A DNA stretch of 57,948 bases, the filler included, from Sphacelaria rigidula (taxonomy: Eukaryota): assembly GCA_964200075.2 (NCBI GenBank). It is 8 parts of 8 records of this genome, joined end to end, with 100 filler letters (N's around TTAATTAATTAA, not from the genome) between each part and the next. Parts side by side here need not be neighbours in the genome. Positions count along the whole stretch, not along the records: positions 1 to 7,156 come from CAXNAA020016207.1; positions 7,257 to 14,412 come from CAXNAA020016208.1; 6 more parts are not named here. One strand, written 5' to 3'. The position numbers were made by a program, and so were the translations under genes. This document shows, one piece after another, positions 1 to 12,035 of this stretch; positions within the stretch are counted from its first letter, which is position 1; every line of letters begins with the position of its first letter. The notes under the pieces were generated by a model. It saw only the letters and a program-made list of their open reading frames with translations, made no database searches and was not told the origin of the DNA.

Positions 1-654
1 GGCGTACTTTCACATATTTTCATAGGTCGTGTTTTGCATGAGATAAAGGGCTCCTAACAATTCTAACCTCAGAAACGTTTTGTGCACCCCTACCGTAGCA
101 TCGCTCTATTGCACATGGATGAATATGCCGCATGTTTGGTTGAAGTAGGAAATTTCACTTCATGCCCCGTCTTGTGAAGATCCGTCATCACAGTGCTTGA
201 GCAGCGATCATGGTAACCATAACAGTTGAGACAGTAGTAAAAACGAACAAGTGCACGGACAAGCCAGAGAGGCTACTACACGGGTTTGTCCGTATCACTA
301 CCCTCTGAAAAGTTGGAAGAAGGGCTGCCGAACAGCAATATTCACAGCTATGCAATTTGATTGAAACTGATCTATCTACCTGTCAGCCAGTCTGCAACCC
401 CGATATAGGCGCAACGGGCTATCGCCGCCGAACCGTGTTGTGATGCAATAATGGTGAAGATATACAGTAGTTTGTGTGCACCATGACACTCCTTCATGAA
501 AGTATATGAGGGTCTCCTCATAAATGGGATTCGACATTGCGATGAGATTGAAGCTGCTTTTGGAATTTCTCCATTTTCGCGCAAATGGTGTGAACAACGA
601 AAACACTTTCGGCTACTTTATTTGTATCAAAAGCTCAGCAGGCGTGGCTAGGTA

Positions 655-955
655 TAGCAGCGCTTTCGTGAAATTGAGAGTTGAAGGTACGGTTGAGAGT
701 AAAAAGCGGTCAATTAGTAAATAAGCCATTTCAGTTCCGAAATGCACCTCCACCAGGCCCAATATTCTCTCTGTCGTAGCTTGCCAGTGAGGCCCTCGAT
801 ACCCCTGAGTAGGTTATCAACGTGTAGCTGTAAGCATATGGCAGTGATGAGACGACGAAAAGCACACACGGAATGAAAAACTGGCCGAATTAAAGCGAAA
901 AATCAAAGCCATCTATAATCCGCACCCAACTCTCAATCTCACGAAAACCTTGTTG
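655..955. mobile_element. MITE family A (TA-flanked, Tc1/mariner-like)
   Basis: TIRs gctttcgtgaaattgagagttg / caactctcaatctcacgaaaac, with TA at 653-654 and 956-957. A homologous copy in the opposite orientation lies at ~31014-31313. Confidence 0.75.
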
Positions 956-1520
956 TATGTGGAACAACATGGGATGGAACTAAACAAAGTTGTGCCTGGA
1001 AACCTCACAACGACTGCGAAAAGTTGAAAGAAGGCGCTTTCGTCGGCTTCCCAAGGGCGAGAAGAAATACGACGCGACCATTTTGGAGACATGTTCGGAA
1101 ATGATATACAGGGAATACCAGTTAAAGTGCGACAATCAAATCAAATCAAATCAAATCCATCAACTCATTATAGGGACCGAAACGGCGCCTTTGGTGTTTC
1201 TGAATGGAAAGTTCGTTACTGGAAACATATCAGGAGGGTGAAAGCGGGACAAGTGTCTATGCTTTACGTTTTCCCATAGAGGCTTGAAAACTGCAGCACC
1301 GTATTTGTTCGCGCCCTTGGGAAACCGACGAAAGCGCCTTCTCTCCCCTGTTCGCAGCCGTTTTGAGGCTTTTAAAACGATCTGTACTTGATCTCATCTG
1401 TTTTTGTTCTTCATACCTAGCCAGACCTGCTTAGCCTGTCGACAAAAATAAATTAGCCGAACGGGGTTTCGCTGTTGAAGCTACTTACACGAAAATGACG
1501 AACTTGAAGAAGCAGGTTAA

Positions 1521-1618
1521 CCCTTAGACCGCGAGATTAGTCTTTCTGGATCATGCATATTTTTTTCAAGTTGAAATTGATGCCGATTCAACAGAAGACT
1601 AACCTCGCTGTCTAAGGG
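1521..1618. mobile_element. piggyBac-type MITE (98 bp)
   Basis: TTAA|CCCTTAGACCGCGAGATTAGTCTT ... AAGACTAACCTCGCTGTCTAAGGG|TTAA. The TTAA duplication at 1517-1520 and 1619-1622 and the CCC/GGG termini are piggyBac hallmarks. Confidence 0.85.
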
Positions 1619-1685
1619 TTAAACCTCACAGCAATGTTGAACCCCATCTTCGAGGAGAACCATTCATGCAGTGGTGAAGTCATGG

Positions 1686-1947
1686 AGTTGAGTGATGCTA
1701 CGGTAGGGGTGCACAAATAGTTTCTGAGGTTAGAATTCTCAGGAGCCCTTGATCTCATGCAAAGCACCACTTACGAAAATATGTGAAATGCCAGGATTAC
1801 TACTCCAATGTGCTGAGGATATCCCGAATGAATTTGCAAACGGGGATGCCCTGATCCATACTCTTGTGCATCTAGAATCGTTAGGAGTCCCTGAACTAGA
1901 CAAGGTTTCGCGAAACAAGTGCACCCCTACCGTAGCGTTACTCAGCT
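1686..1947. mobile_element. MITE family C
   Basis: ~29-bp TIRs agttgagtgatgctacggtaggggtgcac / gtgcacccctaccgtagcgttactcagct. A partial inverted copy is at 1-111 and a shorter relative at ~27158-27279. Confidence 0.75.
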
Positions 1948-3936
1948 GAAGGCGTTTACCGACGTCCCTTTGCAGACCCGTGAGTTTTGTACTTGATACT
2001 CGTTCAGAGGAATACTGAGTGGGGATTTTGAAGTCTGATCACGCTCGATCCGAGACGAATATGGGTTCACCAAATCGGCTGTTGTAAGCCGCGGTGCTTA
2101 CTCCGTCTCGTCCACTTGCATGTGACGAGGCATAATACCGGGAGCCATCTAACTCGGTGAGACGAGTGAATGAGCATTGAGCGGGCGATACGGAATAAGA
2201 GAGGACAGGAATCCTGTCGACCTAGAAGGTTCTTAACTTACCTACTGCGTGGAAAAAGGATGTTGCGACAAGAGTGTTTGATGGTGTTTGCCGCTGTGAG
2301 ACACAGCACGGTTGATCTGTATCAATCTCGAATAGCACTTGGCCTGCGATAATAAGTACAGCGTAACCCCTTTAAAGTGAGTGGTGAACATTTTTCGAAT
2401 CGTCGATCCCTTTTCTGCCTCCCAAGTGGAGCCTTTGTAATAGCGTGTGGCGCATACGGTATATATGTTTATATACTAAACAACGAAACAACGCCAACAC
2501 GCGCAGCACTAATTACAACGATAATAAGCAACTCAAAACCCTTGGAGCAGACTCTTGCACAACCCGAGAACTGTTGTTATATACTGCTGCCCTGTGGACT
2601 ATATACAACTGTTTGCAGAATAAGCACACCTCTGGATGCGCTTGGCCCTGCTTGAAAATTAGCTGTACGCTACATACAGCAGCACCCGTACGACTCGGCC
2701 GCATTGATCACTTTCCTACCGGAACGCAACATGGCACAGCGAAGGTCGTGCTGGGCGGTGCTAATTAGTGACATCTTCACGCCCCCGGGGGCTTTGTGGT
2801 CAACCTCTTACACAGCTCCACGGACTAATAATGCAGTTATACACTTCGAGCACTGTACAAAAACGCAACCCGACAACACCCCGAGTATTGTACATAGTGT
2901 AGACCGTGTACTCAAGTCACATTGTGCAACCATGTCGAGAACACAACATGACACAGCAAATGGCAATACCTTTGAGAAGGCGGGAAGGGGGAGGGGCGGG
3001 ACGGGACGGGCCAGAGACAAGAACACATGACACCATCAGACGAAAAAATCAAAGCGGACACCACAACCACCACCAGCGCGGAATCGCCGAAATAGGGAGG
3101 ACATGGCATGGATAGGGGGAGGTAGCAGCAGCAACAGCAACAACAACAACAGCAGCAGCAACAAGAAACGACTTCCCGCCCCGCAATACAGAGTGAAACA
3201 ATAAAAGCGTAAACAAAAATGGCGGAAGAGAACAAAATAACACTCTCCTCGCCTACAAAGTGCAACGATCGTAGCGTCGCAATACGACTCCGAGAGCGGG
3301 TCCAGTGGCTGAACGTACCTCCCCCTCCCCCCTCCCCCCCCCCCTCCTCGTCTCCCCCCAAAAACTAATAACAAAGACGAAAATAAGACGGACCGATCTC
3401 ACAAAGGTACATAAAATAGATTATGACAGACTAAAACTACCAACCGCTGTTTTTCGAACCAAGAAACAAACGTTGGCTGGTGGGGGGGGGGGGGAGGTGT
3501 ACGGTGTGTCACTACTGGGCGCTTTCGTGTGTTACGCACATGCAGAGGTAATGTGCCTATAGAACAGCGGCGAAACAGCGACCATCTCGCAATGCTATAC
3601 TACTGTACTGTAGGGGTAGTACAGTTCTCCGTATTTATCCTGCTACGTATGCGATTGCTCTCAACGAATGACTATAGAGATATATGCGATGCGGTGCTCC
3701 GTCACTCCGTGGGTTTCCATTCACGTTTTCGAACAACAGCAAGAGCAACAACAACAACAACAACAGCAGCAGTAGCAGCAGCAAAAACAACAACATCAAC
3801 AGCAGCAACAACAACATCTACAGCAGCAACAACTATGATACACACGGTGCGTTGTTACCGCAACGGCTGCAGTGTTCCCCCTGTGTTCCATCACACCATC
3901 AGGTTCCGTGACCACAGTGACTCTGGCAGCCAGCGC

Positions 3937-6316
3937 TCAACTATTGACTGAACTACTTCTCTGCCGGGAGAGGTCGGGGGAAGCGGAAGATCGGGACCCG
4001 AACGGGTTGGTAACCTCGTAGATAGGCTTGCGCGCGGCCCCCTTCCGAAACAGCCCGTAACCGTTCACCATCCTCGGCAATTCCGTAGCGGTCATCCCGT
4101 CGCGATCTGTGTAATAGTGTTGATCATCTGACATCCTGGGTGAAGGCGGGGGGGGGTCGATGTCCTCATCGAAGATGTCGTTCATGTCCCAACTGGGATA
4201 CCATGATGGAAATTGACGGTAGTACGAGTGTGCAGGTGGCGGCGGTGGCGGACGGGGGGGCGGGGGTGTTCTCATTTGTTACTTGCCTTAGTCGTTTGGC
4301 CATTGATCACGCATACCTTTCGAGATGGAGCACCGTTCCTACTACTAATAGAGAATGAGACATAACGTTTCTTCCATACATTGCACAAAAAACTTTTGCA
4401 TGTCTCATCCTCGTCCTCTTTCGCTGTCTGTGGTCACCATATATCTCCTAGTATAACCATCGTTTCCCTCCTCCTGTTCAATGCATCAAAAGATTTCATA
4501 CCACCTTCGTTACTTCCCACAGTTCCCCCTCTAGCACGTCCCGTCCCTCCTTGTATAGTTCACATTCTACCACTATATGAGTTCTGCTTTCTATTGCTGT
4601 GCCACGGGGGTAATTCTGTGCATCTACTTCCTCCTCCTCTCGACGACTGGTAAATCTCTTTCTTCTCCCTGGCGGGTTCAGGTCCCGCACCCAAAATCGC
4701 AATTTTAAGTGTTTCGCCGCGTTCATTGGGCCATGCAGATATATTTTCATTCCTATCCCCTCTCTCAACCCCCCATATATCTTCGCCTGCTTTTTCTCGT
4801 GTACTTTCCATCTTAGCGCTTCTTTTCCCCTTATTTGTATCATGTCTCTTACTGTTGTCTTGTGTATCCCGCGCCTTCACCTATGGACAGTATTTTGTCT
4901 TGGAATCCTCCTCTTTCTTTCCATACTTTGTGGACTTCTCTATCCCACCTTATTCCAGCCTGCCCTTCCGTAATTTCCTTGCACACAGCTATATCAACTA
5001 TAGCTGGAAATCTCTTTCTCTGCATGTTCTTGACGTTATATTGGCATCGCAATTTTCTCATGCCTCTGTTTGTTTTAATTGAATATATCTCCAACTCTGC
5101 TCTCAATGCCGTATTACTCGTCGTTTTCAAGCATTCAAGTACTTTCTTAGGCTCTGGTATCTGTACTGTTTCCAGCTTCTTCACCAACTTCACGCTCCCC
5201 TTCCATACTTCTTCTGCATGTGCCAGGTTTGGTACGACCACGTTCATCAGGATACATACCTTAGTGCTGATATCTAGGTGCGAGTCTCTGAGGATCACGT
5301 CCATCCTTCCTATCTGTGCCTTGCCCTTTTCTATTACTTCGTTCATGTGTGCATACCAAGAGCAGTATTTTTAGATATCTACGCCAAGGTATGTATACTG
5401 GTCTACGGCAATTCGTCTTCTCCCCACTTCCATTTGAACTCTACCGGATTTTTCTTATCTTCGTTACAGACGAGTATCGCGCATTTGTTAACGTTCGCTG
5501 TCACTTTCCATATCCTAGCGCCTTATCTATCTGCTTCTATAATCCTTCTGCTGTTCCCGAAATCCCCACAAAATCATCCGCGAATGTCAATCCTGATACC
5601 ATATCTTCACCCGCCTTGATCACTTGCTTTGCTGCTTCTATTGCAATTATCAAGTCATGAATAAATACCTTCAACAAAGTGGGTGATAACGTACATCCTA
5701 CGATGGGGGAGGGGGGAGTATTTCGGGCGACTTCTTGCACGAAGTTCGAAGCCAAGTCGTCGTTGAAAGCAGCAACGGGTGTTCGAACGAGCTCGTTATA
5801 GATATATAACGCTCATTCATACTGGTTGACACCGTTTCTACCCAAATACAAGCATATCACGAGTGTGGCAGGTCGTCTAACAGACTTTTGAGGGTTTTTT
5901 TTTTGCGCAATCAAATACCCCCCCCCGCGGTTTCGTAGGATGATCCCTCACCAACACCTCATTAGGTATGTTTCATACCGGGTGAGAGATGGGTTGCTGT
6001 CGTGTAAATCTGCAACCTCGCCTCGAGGAAGGGAGAGGAGAAGTTAAATGGTTATGACGATAAATCTGGACAAACAGAAAGGGCGGAGCATGTGCATGAG
6101 GGTATATATCTGCACTCACCCGCTGTCGGTACAGTGTTCCCAGTCATAGTTGTCGTAGATGTAGGGCAGGGCGTCTACCCGCGGATCGAACAGAAGCACC
6201 AGCTCTCGGTTGGTTCGGGTGTTTGGGGCGAACTCTCCGTAAAAATTGAACTGTGGGGTAAATTCTTCTTCCAGAATATCGTACGGGAATACGTCGCTTC
6301 CTCTATGCCCGGTACA
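3937..6316 (-). CDS. Last two exons of a probable tyrosinase-like (di-copper) protein gene, partial
   Basis: Exon 6316-6120 (cag|CTGHRGSDVFPYD...TNRELVLLFDPRVDALPYIYDNYDWEHCTDS-GG|gtgagt) joins in phase 2 to exon 4192-3937 (cccag|T-WDMNDIFDED...SVNS*). The CxGH..D..P / TNxEL..DP..LPYIYD..W.HC pattern is, from memory, the C-terminal tail of stramenopile tyrosinase-family proteins. The copper-binding exons are outside the segment. Confidence 0.6.
4338..5702 (-). mobile_element. Degenerate 5'-truncated LINE (RTE-like) reverse transcriptase ORF, intronic
   Basis: RT motifs GCTLSPTLLKVFIHDL and GLTFADDFVG, followed by DSHLDISTKVCILMNVVVP...KLETVQ and KTLKIAILG. The frame is broken by frameshifts and ends in a short (TAG)n-like tail at ~4338-4350. 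Confidence 0.85.
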
Positions 6317-6502
6317 CTGTCGTTTTCGGACACACACACACACGAGTAATAGCACACGGACATAGTGCAGAGAACGGCAGTTCGTGAAGTACGCACGACG
6401 GGCCGGGGGGACGGGGGGTAATAGTTCGAACACAAGAGTATTTCGAACACAACGACAACAACAGACAACAACAAACAACAACAGATAACAACAGACGACG
6501 AC

Positions 6503-6607
<105 letters not shown>

Positions 6608-7156
6608 AGACAACAACAAACAACAACAACAATAGACAACAACAAACAACAACATCCGCAGAAGTGGTCTACCCACGCAAGGGGTCCCCGTTTCCTGCTT
6701 GCAACATCATTATGGCCGTCGCATGTTTCGGGGTCGAGAAGTGTCTCGTTTCGTGAAATTGAGTTTTTGAAACATTCGACACTGTTTTAGACCTCAAAAC
6801 CGCGAAGAATATCGCCCCCAACCTTCGTGTTTTCCACGAAGGAAGGATAAAACCTCACAACCAACACTCACCCCGCAAGCGGGTTCGCGTGCCGACTATC
6901 CATAGGTCCGGCTGGATTGCCTCCCAGCAGTCATGTGGGGTATAGCCGCCTCGAGCGTTCGGAAAAGATTTTCAAGGCAGTGTAGGGGCTCAACCCACTA
7001 AAACCGCGTCTCAACTTGGCGCAGTGCACGCGGCGCCCTACTATTATGAGCTTCGGCCGATACTTTCTACCATAGCCCCCCCCCCAAAAAAAAACAGCCC
7101 AAAAGTGTCACGAAAAAATAGCCATACAGCACCTGATGTTTGGGTTCAGGCTGCAT

Positions 7157-7256
7157 NNNNNNNNNNNNNNNNNNNNNNNNNNNNNNNNNNNNNNNNNNNN
7201 TTAATTAATTAANNNNNNNNNNNNNNNNNNNNNNNNNNNNNNNNNNNNNNNNNNNN
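7157..7256. other. Artificial 100-bp linker (N44-TTAATTAATTAA-N44)
   Basis: Identical linkers at 14413-14512, 21669-21768, 28925-29024, 36181-36280, 43437-43536 and 50693-50792. The core has stop codons in all six frames. Confidence 0.98.
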
Positions 7257-7502
7257 TACATTTGTGAAGACCAGAGAATCCTCTGAGATAGCAGTCCAGG
7301 ATGGCGTAGATGCTCTTGTATTATTGGCGTACAGGCTAACTTGTGCTTTGCTAGCTGAGGTGCATTGTCCAAAACGCTGTGACCCAAGGGGGGCGGCCAA
7401 GTCAATCCAATCAAACAATAGAGTATGATCCATCAGGTACCAGGCAGGATAAAGTATGACAAATGGAACCCAGTCGACTGGAACATGACCAATAAATCTG
7501 TA
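7257..7502. repeat. Dispersed direct duplicate of ~12914-13157
   Basis: tacatttgtgaagaccagagaatcctctgagatagcagtcc...gaacatgaccaataaatctgta occurs at both places with high identity. Confidence 0.9.
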
Positions 7503-8479
7503 ACATCCCCCTAGCCATATTTATATGGCTACACACAAATTTATTGGAGGGCTGGAAGCGCCAGAACAAAAACAAAGCCTGTGCATCATACGCCTGAAAG
7601 TAAAACGAGAAAAACCTGCTAAATTACAGTAAAGGGGAAAACTCGTTGCAGATCTAATGAATAGGTGAACCCTGATAAGCAGGGAAAAACTCCATCCGTT
7701 AGGAAAGGAAAAAAACTATAACGCCCTTTCCAACGACAGAAACAGCAGACAAGTGCGGTCGCTGTCGTTTTCCTGGGACCTCAGTTAGACTGGAGAACGA
7801 TCGGGTAGTTAGCGTGGTCGCGCGTCGACACCCTGGATTAGTTACACTGGATTCTAGGGTAGTGCGGGGCTTAAACCTCGCTAAAAACAACCTTTCCGCG
7901 AACTGATCAATAATTACAGGAGTGTAGCTTTTGAGGGGTGCTCTTCTGTAGCTACCGACACCTATTCTACTGGAAATAGAGCCCACGCGCCTTGGCTCAC
8001 ACATGTGCCCGTATATTACCAAATGGGAAGCAATGGATAACAAAGCGGCACAAGAAAAAGACAAGGAACACTCGAAATTCATGACTGAAGCGTGCGGTAG
8101 CAGCAATATATAGTTACATATTCCCTTATTTCACTACCGTATTCCTCTCGCAATGATATCGTATACCACATCACACAACAGCCATTCGTACACGTCCATG
8201 GCTGCAGTCTATCTTTGGCTCCTCCGTTCCAGCTTGGGGCGCTCAACTTCCAAGCGAGATCTCTGTCCCAGTCTCCATCTTCGTATCGTACTCGCCGAAA
8301 GTAATTCTCATAATCATGCACGTCGTGCTTCAGCTCGGCACTGCTGTAGCCTTTCCAGGAGGTAGCACCTCTGGCAAAGGCTTCAAGGCATCATTACGTG
8401 GGGAAGCGGGGTGCTTCGAGTGCGATGGCGGGGTCGAAGAAACTGTGTGGTGATACAGGCGCAAAAGGCTCATGACGGG

Positions 8480-8925
8480 GTATGGGGCAATGGGCTGTGG
8501 GAAAATATACGAGGAACTGTGATCAAAGGAAAGGTGTGAACGATGAAGACGACAGAAATGTGCCAAAAGGGCGATGTTTGATGCTAGACAGGGAAACATC
8601 GAAATATTTCGATATTTTGCTAGGAGTCGCACCAGGTTGTACGTTATCACCCTCTCTACTCGAGGTATTCTTTGATGACCTGATACTAGCATTAGACATT
8701 GCAAAGCAAGGGGTAAAGTTGCTGAAGAAATTGGAAGCAGCGCAGATAATGATGATGATAATACTTTGATGCGGAAATGGTGCAAATGGCAGCTGGTGAA
8801 AGAACACCTGGATGCAATAAAATTAGTGAATAAGTTGTGGACAGTACAGATTGCAACAGCTCAAAAAATACTTCGATGCAGTGAAGTTGGTGAAGGAGTT
8901 GGGAATAGTGCAGATTACAGCAGCT
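8480..8925 (+). mobile_element. Degenerate LINE RT fragment (same family as 4338-5702)
   Basis: ETSKYFDILLGVAPGCTLSPSLLEVFFDDLILALDIAKQGVK, followed by rearranged KLVKKLE-like pieces. Confidence 0.75.
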
Positions 8926-10487
8926 AGGGGAATTACTTGGATGCTCGAAACAAATGAGTACGCCCCCCCCCCCTTTGAAGTCTTTCCCTTTTCCCCACCC
9001 GTCAGTGCCTGAAACAACGTAGAGTTCTCGACAATCCAACATGGTGACAGATACAGGCAATGCAGTCCAACACGACACAAATTCAGGGGTCAGGTGGAAT
9101 GTGGGTGTGGCGTTCCGGTTTGGTCCCCCTCAAGGTGTGACACAAACACTTCGGGTATGAGGTGTTTCGGATGGGGTGGGCGGATATGGAAGGAACTTCT
9201 TGCTACTCAGACAGCAGTGGTACGTGTGTAATGTTTACGGCCAGTCCAGAGCTCGAGGGGGAATGTGTCAGACGGTAGCATGGCGTCGGGTCGTCGGGTA
9301 GGGTACGATTGCGCAAGAGTGTGCGTGAAACGTACTCTCTCTGGGGCCAAGATTTGTACAATTCTGTAACCTTTTCAGCAGCCGTCCCCCTAGGTTCTCG
9401 AATCCTGTGAAACTGTAGACATAATTATGGCGAAAATAAAATTAGACAACGCATGCTGAATAAAAATATAATAATGAGGTACGTTGTACTGAATATACGG
9501 AGACAAAGCACAGAAATGACAAGTGGTGAAATCTTGCTGCAGTTATACGGCACATGAGTTTGACAGCATAAGGAGAGCGCGCGTGTACCTACATCGTGCA
9601 GCAATATGGTTACCTTTCCTACTTATTTTAATATCGTTCAGCGGGGCGACTAGAACGCTACGGTCCTGGACAAACTGTCCAAGGTACCCGGTGGGTTTAG
9701 AAACGAACGTTGTTTTTCGACTGTATGGACGTGACGTCTGAGCAATTGCGTTTCATTTGGAGGGGGCTGGTTATATGCCGGTATTGTCGATTAACAGGCT
9801 AAGGAAACTGTGAGACCGTGCCGTAAATATATATTTGGCGAACGTGGGGAATTTTACTGAACATAAAATCGTATAGTCGACAAACTTTGCCGGGGAAAGT
9901 TGGGTGAGCAACACCTTGGTCAAGAAGCTTGTGCATTTCTTTTTTGATCATGCGGCGTTCTCATGGTGGAAAATCGCGTTGTTTTGTGGCAAAGGGTGTG
10001 CACGCGAAACAACAACCAGCAAAAAATATGGAACTCGTACTTCGCCCCCCCCAAGGGGGTCCAGCGACCATATCAGCGAAATGTGTGTTTTTCTAAAAAA
10101 CTATATGTAGGGCCTGTAAGAACCGTCAAAAACAAGATATATAGTCGCGCAGTCAACGCAGTCAACTTGCATGGTAGGCTTAGCATGAAGGGCAAAAAGG
10201 CAAAATAGGGAAACTACGTACGTCTGCTTACTGAATAAGTAATGACAAGGCAATCCACGGGAAGATGAGTGGAAGCATGATATCGAAAACCAAGTTTGAA
10301 GCAACTGAACAATGTATTATTCAACTACGGTACCGCGAAGGGACAAGGTAGTATCCAACTACGGTACAGGGTGCGTCAAGAAGTCAACCTGGTGAATAGA
10401 AACCATACGATCGATTACCAGCGTGGGATAAAATGGGGATCCTATTTAGTGGCACCACGGTAATGACCCTGCTACCAGAATGCTATG

Positions 10488-10586
10488 AAAAGGTACCCGG
10501 GATTAGCTAAACCAAACCAAATTGCGGACACTCCATAAAAAGGTACCCGGTATTAGCTAAACCAAACCAGATTGCAGACACTCCAC
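10488..10586. repeat. Tandem duplication of ~50 bp
   Basis: aaaaggtacccgg(g)attagctaaaccaaacca.attgc.gacactcca occurs twice. Confidence 0.85.
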
Positions 10587-10980
10587 GCGGGACCATACCG
10601 TCATTGGCAAACCGTTCAGTGTTTCCTGCGTGTCCTCCCCAACGCAATGGCGTTCATCGCCGGTTCCCTCATCGGGATGCGATACACCCAGGACAAGAGT
10701 GTGGGTGAAAGAAGGGCGGAAGTAACTGAAGGCGTGGTTTTTATACGTTGGAAGTCTTGTGGTACATGAAAATATGGCTCGGTTTTATACCACGTGACGC
10801 AGATCGAAATGTCGTGTGCGGGCGGTAAATTCGGCGTTTCGGCCTTGCGAACCAGATAGATGAAACGATTACCAGCGGAATCCTGCTCAAGTATGATGAC
10901 TACAGGTGGCGCAACAAACAAGGCCCTGCAGATAGCCTACACCCGCACGGTCAAAGAAAAACATCGCGAGCGCTAAACAC

Positions 10981-11240
10981 AATACAAAATTACCAGAACA
11001 TAAAATTAAAAATAGTGCAGCTCGAAAGAGCAAGACGACGGCGCCGTAAATTATGAGACAATCAAAATAAAATACGAAATTTCCAGGACATGAAATGAAA
11101 AATAGTGCAGCTCGAAAGGGCAAGACGACGGCGGCGCAAATGATAAGACAATCAAAATAAAATACAAAATTTCCAGAACATGAAATGAAAAATAGTGCAG
11201 CTCGAAAGAGCAAGACGACGGCGGCGCAAAATTATAAAGC
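10981..11240. repeat. Minisatellite, 90-bp unit, ~2.9 copies
   Basis: Units start at 10981, 11071 and 11161 (aatacaaaat...aaatagtgcagctcgaaagagcaagacgacggcg...). Confidence 0.9.
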
Positions 11241-11764
11241 ACTCAAAGAACAATCGAGGGGCTCAAAAGACAGTCATGGTAAATGCGACACCCGGAGATG
11301 CAGACAATATGAGTATGTAAGATGAAAGAAAAGCAAACAAGATTGAAAGAAAATGAAAGCTCTATTGCATGTGCATTCCACAAATCCTCATGGCCACAAT
11401 AAAAATGCAAACCCGGAAACAAAGTACACACTGATCATGGTGGGTTGTTTTGCAATAAAACTACCGGGATAATATAGAGAATGTCTAGAACACGATCATT
11501 GCTGATTAGGTACAGCGATGATATTATGGCTGACCAGGTGTAGATCAGGCGAAGGTGATACAATGCACGCAAGAATGACAGAACAAAAACTGTGCGATCA
11601 GATCGAAGCAAGGTAAAGAACATGAGGGCGGAAAATGCACGTGCACATGACAACATGCGGTGTGATAGTGAGCGAGAAAAGTACAGCCGACAGTAGGCAG
11701 TAGAGGCAAAAACACAACAAGCGGGATAATAACAGCCAACCAGGGTAGCAGAAAGCACGGTGGA

Positions 11765-11853
11765 AACAGCAGCAGCAGCAACAACAACAACAACAACAAC
11801 AACAACAGTAGTAGGCAACAGTGACAACAGACAACAACAGCAGCAGCAGCACA

Positions 11854-11884
<31 letters not shown>

Positions 11885-12035
11885 CAACAAATAACGAACA
11901 ACAACAACAGCAGCAGCAGCAACAACAACAGACAACAGAAAACAACAGCAACAGCAACATAGCAGCAGCAGCAGCAGCAACAACAACATAGCAGCAGCAG
12001 CAGCAGCAGACAGCAACAGCAACAACGACAACAAC
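11765..12035. repeat. Compound (CAG)n/(CAA)n microsatellite
   Basis: Directly visible. Similar tracts are at 3124-3163 and 3732-3835. Confidence 0.9.

Larger units (their letters stand above)
481..1685. mobile_element. Foldback element with long degenerate inverted arms, interrupted by nested MITEs
   Basis: The left arm (~481-654 plus ~958-1090) is the diverged reverse complement of the right arm (~1280-1516 plus 1623-1685). Examples: agaaggcgctttcgtcggcttcccaagggcg (~1030) vs cgcccttgggaaaccgacgaaagcgccttct (~1312), and gcaggcgtggctaggta vs tacctagccagacctgc. Confidence 0.75.

Noticed and set aside
7201-7212. TTAATTAATTAA recurring every 7256 bp as a biological periodic motif
   Set aside because: It is always centred in N runs and is a six-frame-stop linker added during concatenation.
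7499-8118. Solo LTR bounded by TGTAAC...GTTACA
   Set aside because: The flanking 5-mers (aaatc, tattc) do not form a TSD and there is no second copy, so it is unproven.
10981-11240. CRISPR-like array
   Set aside because: The units are contiguous 90-mers without unique spacers, the context is eukaryotic, and there are no cas genes.
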